Positions 1-12,977 of a stretch of 64,000 nucleotides of DNA are shown here, piece after piece; position 1 is the first letter of the stretch, and the number at the start of each line of letters is the position of its first letter. Location of the stretch: positions 26,908,001 to 26,972,000 of the forward strand of contig JAQFVV010000003.1 of the NCBI GenBank assembly GCA_028023455.1, given 5' to 3'. The translations under genes and the position numbers were made by a program. A model generated the notes under the pieces. It was not told the origin of the DNA. It saw nothing but the letters and a program-made list of their open reading frames with translations, and ran no database searches. Source of the stretch: Epiperipatus broadwayi (lineage: Eukaryota; Animalia; Onychophora).

Positions 1-2031
1 CTTTAGATTTTATATATATGTAAAGTGTATATACAATTATGGGGTAGATTTGAGCTGAAATGATGAAGTATCTTTCTGCTATGCTGAAATTTGGGTGAAT
101 AAACATGAAAAAAAAAAATTATTGCTCAAATTACATTTAAGGTTTTTTTTTAGATAACTAGTTTAGCAAATGGATAATTATTTACTTGTAGTTAGAGAGT
201 AAACAAAAATTGAAACCCTGCTCAAACTTTCATTATCTCACATTTTACAAGTCTAATGAGAAATGTTCTTTCTTTATTCCTTTATAAGAGAGAAAGCGTT
301 TATCTTCCTTTATTTTACAGAGAAAATATTTATATAACAACAGATCATACATTAGTTAAACTGCTGTTATTCCGTAAAGTTTTTGAAATAGTATGATTAA
401 AGTAATAAGAAAAGTGAATCATCTTATCACTCTTGAGCGAATGATTTCTTCTTCATCAGTAGTAAAGACTGCATCATTAATGGTCAGCTCACCAACATTT
501 ATATGATCATTTCAAAGTTTGCGTGATAAAGTTTCAAGTATAGCTGAAAATATTTTCAGACTACATTTGGATTTCTACTAGATCAAAAACATAGCAGACA
601 AATGCAATAATTATCCACTATATCGTGAAGCCCAACTCTCGTTTGTATATGCAAATTTTTATTTTGGATTGCTTTTTGAAATTTTTATTTTCTAATTTTA
701 AAAATAGTTACTGAATGTATATACTATTTTTAAATCCTATAAACTATTTTTAACTGATTTTATTAAATACTGTAAAAAAACAGTTTTTATATAAGGATAT
801 GTGAGTAGCATGTTTGAAATTCACTACAAATGCATACTAACATTTTGGCTTATTTCCATCTCATCCTCCATTGACCCCACACACTTTCTCTAGATAGTCA
901 TATATCAGAATAGAAATATTACGCCTCTTTATAATTGATTTTAAAAATAATTTTGTTTGTTAAAAAAAAAGCCTAGTTTATAGATCAATTATATGATTTT
1001 TAATTATTGCATAGTTAGTATCTATTCAACCGTGAGCAAGAACACACACATCTTTGAATGTCTTTTCCATGAGGGTACACCCTGGAAACTTCACCAGTTA
1101 TTTTCTTTTTTAAAAAAAAAAATGTTAATTATGTTTTGGTAGACAGAAATAAAGATTAATTTCAAATCGTCTTTGTTATATATATAAAAAAAATAACTGT
1201 TTCCTTAGTAGCAATATTATTTTCATTTGTCGCTATTCGCTTTTACAAAAAAAAGAAAAAAGATTATTCACACTAAGAAATAATTCAACTGATCACATTC
1301 AGACTTCCCCATATCACATGATCAAGCAGACAGTGTCACCTTCAGGAATGATTGATATTAGAAGGTGTTTTTGTTTTGAAATGTAATAAATAATTCATTC
1401 GGATTTCTCAAAGAATAAAAATATTCTGTGTTGTCAGCTGATTATTATCCAATGGTTTGTTTTTGAGATTAGAGAAATGTTTTTTTTTTTTTTAAATAAA
1501 CTCTGATGTAAAGATTTGAAGTATGAAAATGACTTCATAAATAGCAATAACACATATTTAGGTTATCCTTTAAAAATAACAAAAATATTAAAGGTAGTTA
1601 TAGTTGTAGATAGGGCACGCGGCGAAAAGTTTGCTTAGTAATCATTAAATAGTTTTTAGTGTGGATGCGGTCCCTATTTAATTTTTGAAAACGTAGAAAA
1701 TCTTGGTTTCTTGCCAAATCATTTGATTGTTATTGTTTAAACCGCTTAAATGAAATAAAAACAACAATGGAAACGGTGAAACGACATTTAAATCTTCAAA
1801 TTAATACTTTATTTTATTTTTTGACTTGTAGTTAAAATGAATAAAATACATTGGAAAAGAAGTGAAAATAAAATAATTGATAAAATCTGTGAAGGTTTTA
1901 TGTGAGTTCTTTACCCCCCCCCCTCCATTTTTCTTTTTATGAACTAGAAGGCTAGTATAATACATTTTGCAATGAAATAGTAATTTCTTACTAGTTATAC
2001 CACAGAGATTTTTTTCCCCGAGAAAATTAAG

Positions 2032-2061
2032 ATGAGTGAGAAAAAGATAGAAGTTGAAAAG
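2032..2061 (+). CDS. Candidate first coding exon of ninjurin (MSEKKIEVEK)
   Basis: ATG at 2032 and ten codons, then GT (AAG|gtagtt) in phase 0, matching the phase-0 acceptor at 8059. A possible upstream acceptor (cacag, about 2005) and CpG-containing DNA at about 1610-1800 lie nearby. The donor is weak and there is no homology support. Confidence 0.35.
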
Positions 2062-5000
2062 GTAGTTCATTGTAAGGATGGATGGTTTAAAGAAAATAAT
2101 TAGGAATAATGTGTGGAGCTGCTTTTGTAGGTGAAATTCTTTAATATATGGATGCAGTCACATTAATCCAGCATTGTTTCTTTCAAGGTATGATATATTT
2201 TCGGAATATCATGGAGTATCCTTAATTTATGATTGACATTTTACAATTAATTTGGTAGGAAAACAGTATTATATAAAGCCATTAAATTTAAGAGGCTACA
2301 TTGCTATGATAATTTATTAATTGCAACTGCAGCCCATTTAAACTTATCATCTCGCTACCTTTCTACTTAAATGGAAACATGAGTATTGCTAAATATATAT
2401 ATAACTAAAAAAAAAATGTCTTCAACTTTAATAATCACAATCTTCAACATTCGACTTTGTAAAATATTTTGAAGTCATCACAAAAAACATTGCTATACTT
2501 AAGACTTAAATATGTTTTTCAACTATACCAACATTAACTTCAGAATTTGTGGTATCTCTCGAATTAGTATAATTTACTATAGAATATCTCACATTGTTAC
2601 GAAATGCTTTATAATCTTAAATGTTATTGCTTAATATTTGTCATGTACTAATGTGCATCTTTGCATGACCTTGAATTTATGCATCCAATATATATATATA
2701 TTTAAGAAAAATACACTAACATTTATAATGTTATACCACTTATTCATAATCTAAAAATAGTTAGATTGTAAATTAGTGATGAAATAAATTATATGATTGT
2801 TTAGAGTGAGAATAGCAGTTCCATTCAACTTTTTATTTATTTCGGGAACTTGGAAGTTCTTAAGTCCACTATTAATTATGGAGCTAAACTGCTCAGAGCA
2901 GATATCAATTTACTTTCAATTATAAAAACGAATTGCATTAAAAGTGAATGATAAAATATAGCTGCACCTATTTTTCAAATGCATAAATTATTTTTTCAGT
3001 AGCAGTACAAAAAGTGTGATTGATAAAGAAAGCAAGTTTTATTAATGTATACCAACCAAAACCTAAAATACTGATGTGAACGCAAATAGATCTAATTATC
3101 TGATAAATGACAATAAGTGAAGTTGTGATCACAAATATTTTTTTTCTACTAATTCAGATTTATGAATTATGTCATTTCCTTTTACATTATATTAAGGGCA
3201 ATAATCCATTCTATATACTGCAGAAATATCTATTGTAAATATAGGTATTCAATAGATATTACATAATAATGCTAATCAAATGTTCTGACTAATTTTCAGT
3301 TCTTGGTTTTCATTAATAATGGGTATTAGATTGCACATATATGTCCAGCTGCCTTCTTTATTTCTTTTATGCTATCCAAGTTAACAATTGGAAGTTTCTC
3401 ACTCTCTTAGGCTTTAATTCTAAATCAATTAGTCTAACACTAGACCAGTGTTTATATACTTTAGATTTTAACTAGGGGCATTCGTAATTGTATGTAATTA
3501 CTCTCCTGCATCTTACTTTCTCTATTACAGTGGAATGAAGTTGATTGCCAAGTAACAAAGATCCATCCATACTAATATTTTTATAAGAAGAATCTCATAA
3601 ATGCCATAATTGACTTATGAGCCTTGAATTATATGAAATTTAGAATTTTTTAGATAACTGAAGATTTCTAAATAAACTTTTTTTTTCCGATAGCCTAGTT
3701 AATCATTCAATTGTTAGCCAGCAAATGAGTCATCTAATTATTATTAGTTGGTGGATAAAGATTTTAGATTAAATTTAAGTTGTTTCTACTTACATTGATA
3801 AGCTGAATGTAATACAAAATTTTAAATATGACTATAATAGTACTAATTATATGACTTAATACTCTGGAGTTGGAAATGAAAGAGATGGATTGAGATCTAT
3901 TAATGTGTATTCCACTTTAGCACTGGATCAAATCATGAAGGGCTTCTATTTTGTTCTTATCATGAAATAGTCCAGTTCAACAGAAAAATGTATAATACCT
4001 CAAAAGATTGTAATGGAAAAAGGGGAAACCAGCAAACATGATTTATCCATGCAACTTTTGTTTGATGAGAAAGTTATATTTCTTCAAATATAACACCATT
4101 TCATTATTTTGTGGTATAAAACATTTCTATTATTTATTTGTTAATATTCTCCATCAATTAATAGTAGTTATGCTGCTCCCTGATGTGATTTTAAGTTTTT
4201 TCTTCTTTTAAGTGCTAATTATTACTGACTTCTGACCACTGGAAAAATTCAGTTAGCCGGATTTTTTTTTAAATGATTTTTTTTATTAATGCAGTATTTC
4301 TTAAATGTTCACATTTTTTCTTTAGTTAATAATTGAGCTGGGAACTTTTGCTAATAGTAAGAGCCTTTTCCAATTAAGCCAATATCTCATTTCTTTAGTG
4401 AATAAGTACTAAATCCTACATTATTCATAAAAATATATATTTAAAAAAATTAAGTTTATTTTTCTTTTAATGAAATATATCCTGGGTATTTTAGTACCAT
4501 AATAGAGCAGAAACTCGATGGCTAAAGATTTCTTAATTGTATAAAGTTAAAAAAAAAAAATCACTTTAAAAATTTATTGGAACTATCAAACTTACATTAT
4601 TATTTAGGTACTCTATTATGGCTAACTGATATTTTAGAAAAAATTGAGTGCTGTTTACATATGTTAACAAGATAGTCAGATCTTTTCTACAGTTTTATTT
4701 GAAATTCTGTTAGACACAAACAACTGTTTATATTTTATAATAAATAAATAAAAAAATCATAAACAATAATTATATATATATATATTAATAATAATTACAC
4801 ATCAACCTTTTTGGCACATAGTTTTGTGCCCTTAACAAAATAAAACATCAGTAAAATTGAATTAAAAAACTTTCATATAGAGATTCAATATAATTTCAAA
4901 GAATTGATTATAATGTAACAATATACAAGTAAATAAAACATACACTATATAACTTTATATATACTACCTTATATAATTTTCCATTAATTTTTAATCAAAT

Positions 5001-6002
5001 TTTTTGAAGTTTTATAAATATTCACTCAATTATTTAAGATCTGCTTAATATAAAATGTTTCATATATTTACGTTTAATATAAAATATTTAATATATTTGT
5101 TTTCTTTTTATATCTTTAATGTAATTTAATATTTTATATCCATATGTTAAATAATGAATATATAAAGAAGATTTATCATCTCACCTATTAATTACATTGT
5201 TGTGTTCCTCAGTTCTTACTTCTATTTTCCTGAATGATCACAATTAATTTTATATACTATTTCTTTTTGCATTTTACATCATCTCTTAATTTATAATTAC
5301 CTGTTAATTTGTACAGACTTTTACTATTCAACAATCCAATATTTATATGCTTATTAATATAATTTTTGTTTTTTTACTAATGTATTATAAATTTTGCATG
5401 GAAATGTTATTATTTAATATAGATTTTTTAGAATTAAAAAGTATATATTTAATAGTTTTGGGGTTAAATATATAATTTAATAAATTGATTTTTTTGTAGA
5501 TCAGTTACATTTTTATCTGTATTATATTTATCATTTCTATATTTAAAATTTTTAATGACTGCCATTGTACCCATCTTTGTTGCCTCTAAATAAAGGAAAA
5601 ATATTTACATTTTCAAAAATAACTTTTTGAATTAAATATCAAAAAACTTACAATATGAATTTTTTAAATCAGAGTACATCCACAAACATCACAGATATGT
5701 ATCATAATTAGGAGGAACATTGAAAATGAAAGGAAAAAGAAGTCTTAAAGATAGTTTTGATAAAGAAAGTTTTTTTGGTTTATAATGGATAAAAGTTCTG
5801 CCTGATAATAAATAATTGAATTGAATATGTTAATTCAGATATTTACAGATCATTTGAAAAAGTGGATGTTATTTTGTTTGTGACAGACAAATCACATGAT
5901 AAAATGTTACATGCCTTACTTTTTTACCACTCTCTATATTCTATATGAAATATTATGACTTTATCCTTTTTATTGCAATGCCAAATCCATATAATATTAA
6001 TA

Positions 6003-6870
6003 CAGAGGTGGGCAACTTTTTTCATCAGCGGGCCAAATAAAATTTTGTATCATAACATGGGCTGGAATAGATTGAACGATTTAGCAAAAAAAAAAATCAA
6101 CCTAAAAAATGTTATATTACTTGAATTACCAAATTATCAATGTATTTAAAAAAAAAAGTAAATACAATATGTAATGACTTAAATGGGAATTGATTATAGA
6201 TAATTTATGTTTTGTTGAAAAATACCTTTTTAGACTATATTCTTTAAAAATGGAAATAGTTTCATTACAAATTAAACAAACAGCTTTACTGTCTATATTT
6301 GCAAATAAATATCTGAATGTCCAATTATCATTGAAAATACGGTATTCAGCATCAATTTTTCTTTTTTTTTAATTGGTTCATTTTATAGGCTAAGTTATAT
6401 TAAAATTAAAAATTGTAATAATTAGAAAAGGCATAAATTTATTTATAAAATATCATGCACGAATATCATTTTTTTAAATAAGAAATTAAACCCAAATGAA
6501 CTTCATTTGATTGATGCTACAATAATAATTAGGGAATAATACTCTGACGCTGCACAGAAGTATTCTTTAAAACCCGAAATTAATGTTATTTGCAATGTGA
6601 TACCTCCCATATTTTTATATTTTGTAATATATAATTGGTATTTTGGAAGTTATAATTAAATTTATTTAAGTTATGATAAATTTTTAATTTTTATAATTAG
6701 AATTTTATATTTCTCATGTCATTATGATAAAGTTAATGTTATATGAACATGTGAGTGATAGGCCTAGAAATTTGATTTACAAGTGTAGTCAGGTATGGAT
6801 TTTCTATATTTAGACATTTACATGGTGGGTTGGATTCAACATCATCATGGACTAGCATTGCCCACCCCTG
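6003..6870. mobile_element. Non-autonomous hAT-superfamily element
   Basis: TIRs CAGAGGTGGGCAA (6003) and TTGCCCACCCCTG (ends 6870). Identical 8-bp TSD TATTAATA at 5995-6002 and 6871-6878. Confidence 0.9.
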
Positions 6871-6880
6871 TATTAATATC

Positions 6881-7073
6881 ATCTATATTCTTTATTTTTA
6901 CAATGCTTTTTCACAACTCATGACAATTTTGATTGCCCCAGCAATCTTCTTCAGAACTTCTATTTGTATCTATATTCTTTATTACTTTTTACAGTGGTTT
7001 TTTACAATTCATGACAGTTTCAAAACTGTCATGAGTTGTAAAAAAGCCTTGTAAAAAGTAATAAGGAATATAG
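6881..7073. mobile_element. Small fold-back (two minus-strand copies and one plus-strand copy) with a decayed hammerhead motif; PLE-terminus-like
   Basis: The minus strand at 6954-6921 reads CTGAAGA-A-GATTGC-TGGG-GCAATC-AAAAT-T-GTC-A. The second minus copy retains GAAAC-T-GTC. The inverted arm spans about 7021-7073. Confidence 0.55.
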
Positions 7074-8058
7074 ATATTAATATTATATCTCTATATTCTA
7101 TATTTTTAAAGTAATAAATTGTTATTATATATATAAATTCAGGTGATAATTATTAAGTACAATATTATCAATTAATAATTGAATTGTCCTCTATATGCAT
7201 GTTCTCTATAACTTTTTAAAAACAGCCATCTATTGCAATTGCAATTTTTTTATATAGAGTTATCCAGAATGACAGCCAGAAGTATGATCTCAAACCAACC
7301 TATAAATTTTAATATAAATTTATATTTAAAATAGCTGATATTTAAATTTACAGAGTATAACTATTTAACTCATTTTAAAACTCTGTAAACTTAAATGTCA
7401 ACTTTATAGTAAAATATATAGACTGATGTGAGATTATTCTTCTGGTTGTTATAGTCCTAGATAACTCTATAAAAAAAAAAATCAAAAATCAATAAGAAAC
7501 TATCATTTGCTTACTTTAAAAAGTTACTGAGCATAGCAACCAAAGGGCAATTTTATTATTAATTAATGCAATTTGATAATTATCACTGATATATTTCAGT
7601 ATAAAATATTATTTATTATTATATATATTTATAAATGTATTTTTATACATTATAGTAAATGACAAAGCACACTGTATGTTGGCACAATTTTATTATTATA
7701 GTTCTAAATGTAAAGTCTTCTATATTTTAAATGTTACCAAGCATAATTGCAATATTGTGTTTTGATTAAGGAAACTGTTAACCTTATCATCTCTACTAGA
7801 AGTCAAAACATATGTTTTCTACATTAACACAGCAATAATAATTTCATTTACTTTAATTCATGTCTATCCATTTTGTTTGCAAAATAAGAAAATTATTACT
7901 TCACATAAAATTTGTAATCTATTTAAACAATTTTTTCAATATTTAACACTTTACATAAATTATGGACAATTTTAATAACTTTATTATAATTAATATTTAT
8001 TATAAACATAATATATAAATATGTATATTAATTTTTGATTTTTTTTTTTTTTTTTTAG

Positions 8059-8472
8059 AATACACTTCGTTCAGTACCTCGTCCTTTAAATCACAATCTC
8101 TATGCCACCAAAAAAACCATGGCTGAAGGAATGCTTGATGTAGCTCTTTTAACTGCCAATGCATCACAGCTGAAAAGTATTCTCCAAACAGATGGAAAGC
8201 ATGATTACTATTTATTCATGTTAATTATTCTTATACTTTCAATCATTCTGCAACTGATTGTGGGTATTCTTCTTTTGTACTTGGCACGACTTGATATCAG
8301 CAATGAAGACCAGCAGCAACGAGCAGATTTAATTAACAACATCAGCATGGCAGGGATTTGCTTAATCACAGTAGCCAATATTTTTATTTCAGCTTTTGGA
8401 ATTTCAAATGAAAGTACATCAAATGTAGGTTTCCTGGTAAATGCTGATAATGCTCCACAAATCAGTATGTGA
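8059..8472 (+). CDS. Ninj: Ninjurin-family membrane protein, main (last) coding exon
   Basis: A polypyrimidine acceptor (t16-ag, AG at 8057-8058) is followed in phase 0 by NTLRSVPRPLNHNLYATKKT-MAEGMLDVALLTANASQLK. This is the ninjurin signature (YATKKT.A.G.LD.ALL.ANASQL), followed by two hydrophobic helices and a TGA stop at 8470-8472. The supplied ORF starts at an internal Met. Confidence 0.93.
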   Translation, partial: NTLRSVPRPLNHNLYATKKTMAEGMLDVALLTANASQLKSILQTDGKHDYYLFMLIILILSIILQLIVGILLLYLARLDISNEDQQQRADLINNISMAGICLITVANIFISAFGISNESTSNVGFLVNADNAPQISM

Positions 8473-9624
8473 CCACTCTCAACAGTTCTCCAAATTATTA
8501 TGATCCAAACTAGTAATAATAAATAGCAATAAAAAAAGGGTACCTTAATTTTATTATCTTAAAAAAAAGTTTGAAATTTGAGTGCTACTATCATGATGAT
8601 AACTCTTAATGGGTAATGCAAACTTACTGTTAGGTGTTTGCCTTTCCAATTCATTAACATTAGAAGTTGAAAAAATTCTAGTATTCACCCTAGAATAATA
8701 TTATTGCAGAATCTGTTAATGTTATTATTACAGGATTCTGTTTAAGCAGATGTAACATTATGATATGGTTGCATATAAATATTATGTGCAAATATTTTGA
8801 ATTTTATCTGTATAATTTTGAACTATGGATAGCTCATTGTAAATGACGTAATGTTTAAAATTTGAATCTATTTTCAAATAGTTTTTGCAATAATATTTTT
8901 CTTTTAGGTGTATTCTTTAATACTTTTATACCAAATAGATGTTTGTATTTTTATAAGTTTTTTTTTTGTTTGTTTGTTTTCTTGTTCATAAAAATCCTTA
9001 TGTTGCAGGGTTGTTTTTTTTTTTTATAAAAAAAAAAAAAGAGAGAGAGGTAAAACAAATAATTGAAATAGTAATATCTGCTATTTTTTATATATCTATT
9101 TGATATTATAAAGATAAAAATGCATCAAAAATTATTTTTATGTTTTATATCTTTTAATTAAATTATTTGAAACAGAAATGGGAATTATTTTATCTTGTTT
9201 TGAATGACAACATTGAAATCATACGAGTATAAGAGTGCTTTCAGGACATGGCAGTTGATCAACAATGAAATATATGAATTTATATTTTTTATTTTTGTAC
9301 CCAGCATATACATGTACCCATTATTTGTTAAAAATTAGGGGGATGGAGAAAGCAATAGAAACTTAAGTCTCTTAGCAATCATATTCTTATCACTTGATCA
9401 TAAAATACTCTAGTTGGAATAACTGGAATTTCAACAGTTCATATAATAGCATACAAATAAATATCTTTATATATGTATACATGTGTGTATATTTATATAA
9501 ATATTAATGTTGTAAAGATTAGCTTTAAAATGTCATTTTAATTATAATTTAGATCTTTTTTGTTCTTAATTAATAACTTGACAAATATGCACTGAAACTT
9601 ATTTAGATATTTGTCATATAAACT

Positions 9625-9976
9625 AAATTAAACATAGCTCAATTATACATAAATAAAGGTAGTAAATCACCCTCCCCCAGGCTATGACTTAAAAGCATTC
9701 TAAATGTTGAACAAAAGATCAAGAATAGAATGAATCCACCTCTGATGTCTATAAGCATACCTTTGTCAATATTGCTGGTATTTCAAAATGAAATTAATTT
9801 ATGAACAGATGGAATAAGGGATTTTAGTGTTATTAAACTCATAATTAATTATACAAGGCTGGAGACAGCATCTCATTTTTAAATTAAACATAACTCAATG
9901 TATATGTAAATAAAGGAATAAATAACTTCTCCCACAGGCTATGACTTAAAAGCAGTCTAAATGTTGAACAAAGAAT
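9625..9976 (+). repeat. Diverged direct repeat of about 95 bp (about 9625-9720 and 9881-9976)
   Basis: Both copies read aaattaaacata.ctcaat...caggctatgacttaaaagca.tctaaatgttgaacaaa. Confidence 0.75.
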
Positions 9977-12158
9977 CATGTTTATATTTATCATTTATAT
10001 TTAAATCTTTTTGTGATTCCTATCTGAAGCTATCAAAGATAAAAGAATTTCAGTTATCTTTTATTACTAAATATTTAAAAATTATTTATTGTAATCTTTG
10101 CTTTGATTTTACTGCAAATAAGGGGGTGGGGGACTGTCACAAGACAGCTGGTAATTTAGTTACAAAAACTGCAATAAAAAGAAATATGTTGAAAAAAATC
10201 AAAAATTAATTTTTATTTTTAATTAAGAATAAATTAAAAAAAGATACTTGTGTGTTTTACTGTCTACTATGCTTGGCAGTCATACAGCCCCTTCCGGGGG
10301 GGGGGGGGCTCCAATTTTCTATTACTGAATATGTGTTAGTTGTTCAATTTTAAAACATTAAATCGATTATAAATTCCATTCTGAAGGTTTTATTTCATTT
10401 TTTTTATAAAGTTGTTTCTATTTTTCTATATTAATACAAAAAAGTAATAATAAATAAAGTGGAAATATTCTAATTAATCATAATTAATGATAATAAATTA
10501 AAAGTAAATATTATGTGTGAATACTGATGTCTCCTCATGCTTCTTTATAAACATGTTTCATTTATTTTTTTATATTTCTAGATTAATAAGTTGATGTCTG
10601 CATTAATGGACACAGTATGAGGGCTTTATGTTTCTATTTTTTATTTTATATTAATAAGTTGACTTAATATAAAAAATAATACATAAAGTGGAGATATAAT
10701 TAATTTTTAAAGAAGTGTTTCTTTTTTAAACATAACAATAATTAAAAACACATAAATATTAAATATGATGTTTATTTCTTATCAGCTATTTTTTTATAAA
10801 CATTTTTGGAAGCCCCTGAAACTATATTTGTAATAAAAAAAAAAAAAAGGCAGACAAGCTTGGTAGACAGTAAACTCACAAATATCAAAAAAATTATTAT
10901 GCAAATATAATTTACCATATTAGTATTTTTTCTTCTTTGAAATTTGCCATTGCAATATATAAAAAAATGAGTGTGTATAATTAAAAATCTGGGTTAATAA
11001 ATAATGTAGAAATAATAGTGATAGGTCTGCTAACCTCTTTGGTACTAGTTGATTAGCCATCGCACACCACTTGATGGCATTGTTGTTAGACAAAAATGAT
11101 TCAATATAACTTTTCTGGAGGCGTGACTCAATATAACATTTTCTAGTGTAATTTTATTTTTTGTAAGTAAAAATAACATTTTTTAATTCAAAGTAATCTT
11201 TTTTTTAAAATCTATTTTTAATTTTACTTTTTTTTAAAAGGCATTTTTTATTTTTTAACTAATCTTGACTTTGATCGTATTTGAATTAACTACAAACAAA
11301 TTAGAAAAAAATGTTTTTAAATTTGTTTTAATTTTGCCAAAACATTTGTTTTCAAAAGATTAAAACAAATAACACAAAAATGTTTCAACTCCTTTAATAA
11401 TGCCTTTTGCCATTTATTTATTTAGTAAGCAAACAAAACCCCCTCCACGGGCCATTTTATAATTCGTGAATATAAAACCTCATGAATGATGTGACTTCAC
11501 CAGACAGCTTCTGAAAATGTTTGTAGACCACACCCTTTTCCAAATTTTGTCAATTGACAATGTCTCTTATGATTGTTGCTTGCAATGTTAAAATTTAAAA
11601 TAACTAATGCTACATATATTGAAATTAGTCAAAAAATTAAAAAATAAACATTTGCAGAGTTACTTCAAATTAAAATCTCCAATCCCAAAATAAAACAAAT
11701 ACCATAAATGTTAATTGCAAGACTTTCATAGAAACTGCTAAGCATGTTGTAGGTATTGAAGAGTGATTTTGCAAAAGACAATGGTCGCAAAAAACAACTC
11801 GCATTTAAGATATGTATGTTTACGGTATAATATTACTAGAGAGCATATATATGTAGACTTACTAAATGGTAGGCCTAGTAAATGGCATTTTACTGTGCTT
11901 TTACATAGGTATAATGTCGTCAAGTGATGTGCAATAGCTAATCGACTAGTACCAATTCTTTCATAATTTTTGCCAATAATGATGCCATTCTTTCACTTTA
12001 AAAATCAGTTAAAAGCTACTTGATTTAATATATATGAGAAACTAGATTGAGAATATAACTTAACTTTTCTTTGAGTCTATAATCCTCTTTTAGTACAAAA
12101 AGAGAGACTATAAATAAAATAAGACGATTATATATCAATAATAATATTTTTGGGGTAC

Positions 12159-12977
12159 CAATAATGCCATTTTGAATTTTATAACTCACCCAAAATACCT
12201 GCAGACACATGCAAGTGATAAATGACATAATTATCAACAAGCATACTAATCATGAATGTCATATTATATAACAATTGTACTTTATTTTTAAATTTAATGT
12301 ATTTGTAATCATCTAGCCAATTTAAATTAATCCATCTTCTTTATCTTCTAGTTAAGAAACAAAGTATTGGAAAAAAAATCTTAAACTAGTTTTCAGTCAA
12401 CACAAGTGCATATAACACTTAAATACAGATTAGTTAATTATTAAAAACAATATTAATAAGATTATGGAGTTTATAATTACTTAAAAAAAAAAACCTTCAA
12501 GTGATCAACAGTAGAAACAAAGAATTTCTGATAAGAAAAAACTAAAATCCTATTATTTGTAAAAATAATATGCTGCATTTTGTATTTTACAAGTTATAAT
12601 CTTTTGGCATATTAATGAAAAATAGGTTAATTAGTTTTTTTTAGTTTTTTTTTAAAGTAGAAAATGTAAATTGCCTTTTGATTTCTTTCATAGGTTTATA
12701 ACAAACGTAAATTGCATTTTGATTTTTGAAAAATTTATGTAAATTGTGATAACATATGTTAATGCAAAGTATTTTACTTACATTGTTTGATTTTGATTTT
12801 TAAATACTCGATGACAATTGCAAACTTTGCATTTTGATTTTTTAATTAATGATGAAATTTGCGATTTTGTAACCATCTTTTTTTTGAAAACCACATGTTG
12901 ATAATCAATGTCATTTATCGCTTGAATGTGTCAGCAGGGATTTTGGGTGAGTTATAAAATTCAAAATGGCGTTGGTG
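12159..12977. mobile_element. MITE-like element with TIRs of about 85 bp and internal short tandem repeats
   Basis: gccattttgaattttataactcacccaaaat...gataaatgaca at about 12166-12225 is inverted at about 12920-12970. Repeats of the type gtaaattgcattttgattt lie inside. The same TIR family occurs at 33620-34097. Confidence 0.65.
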
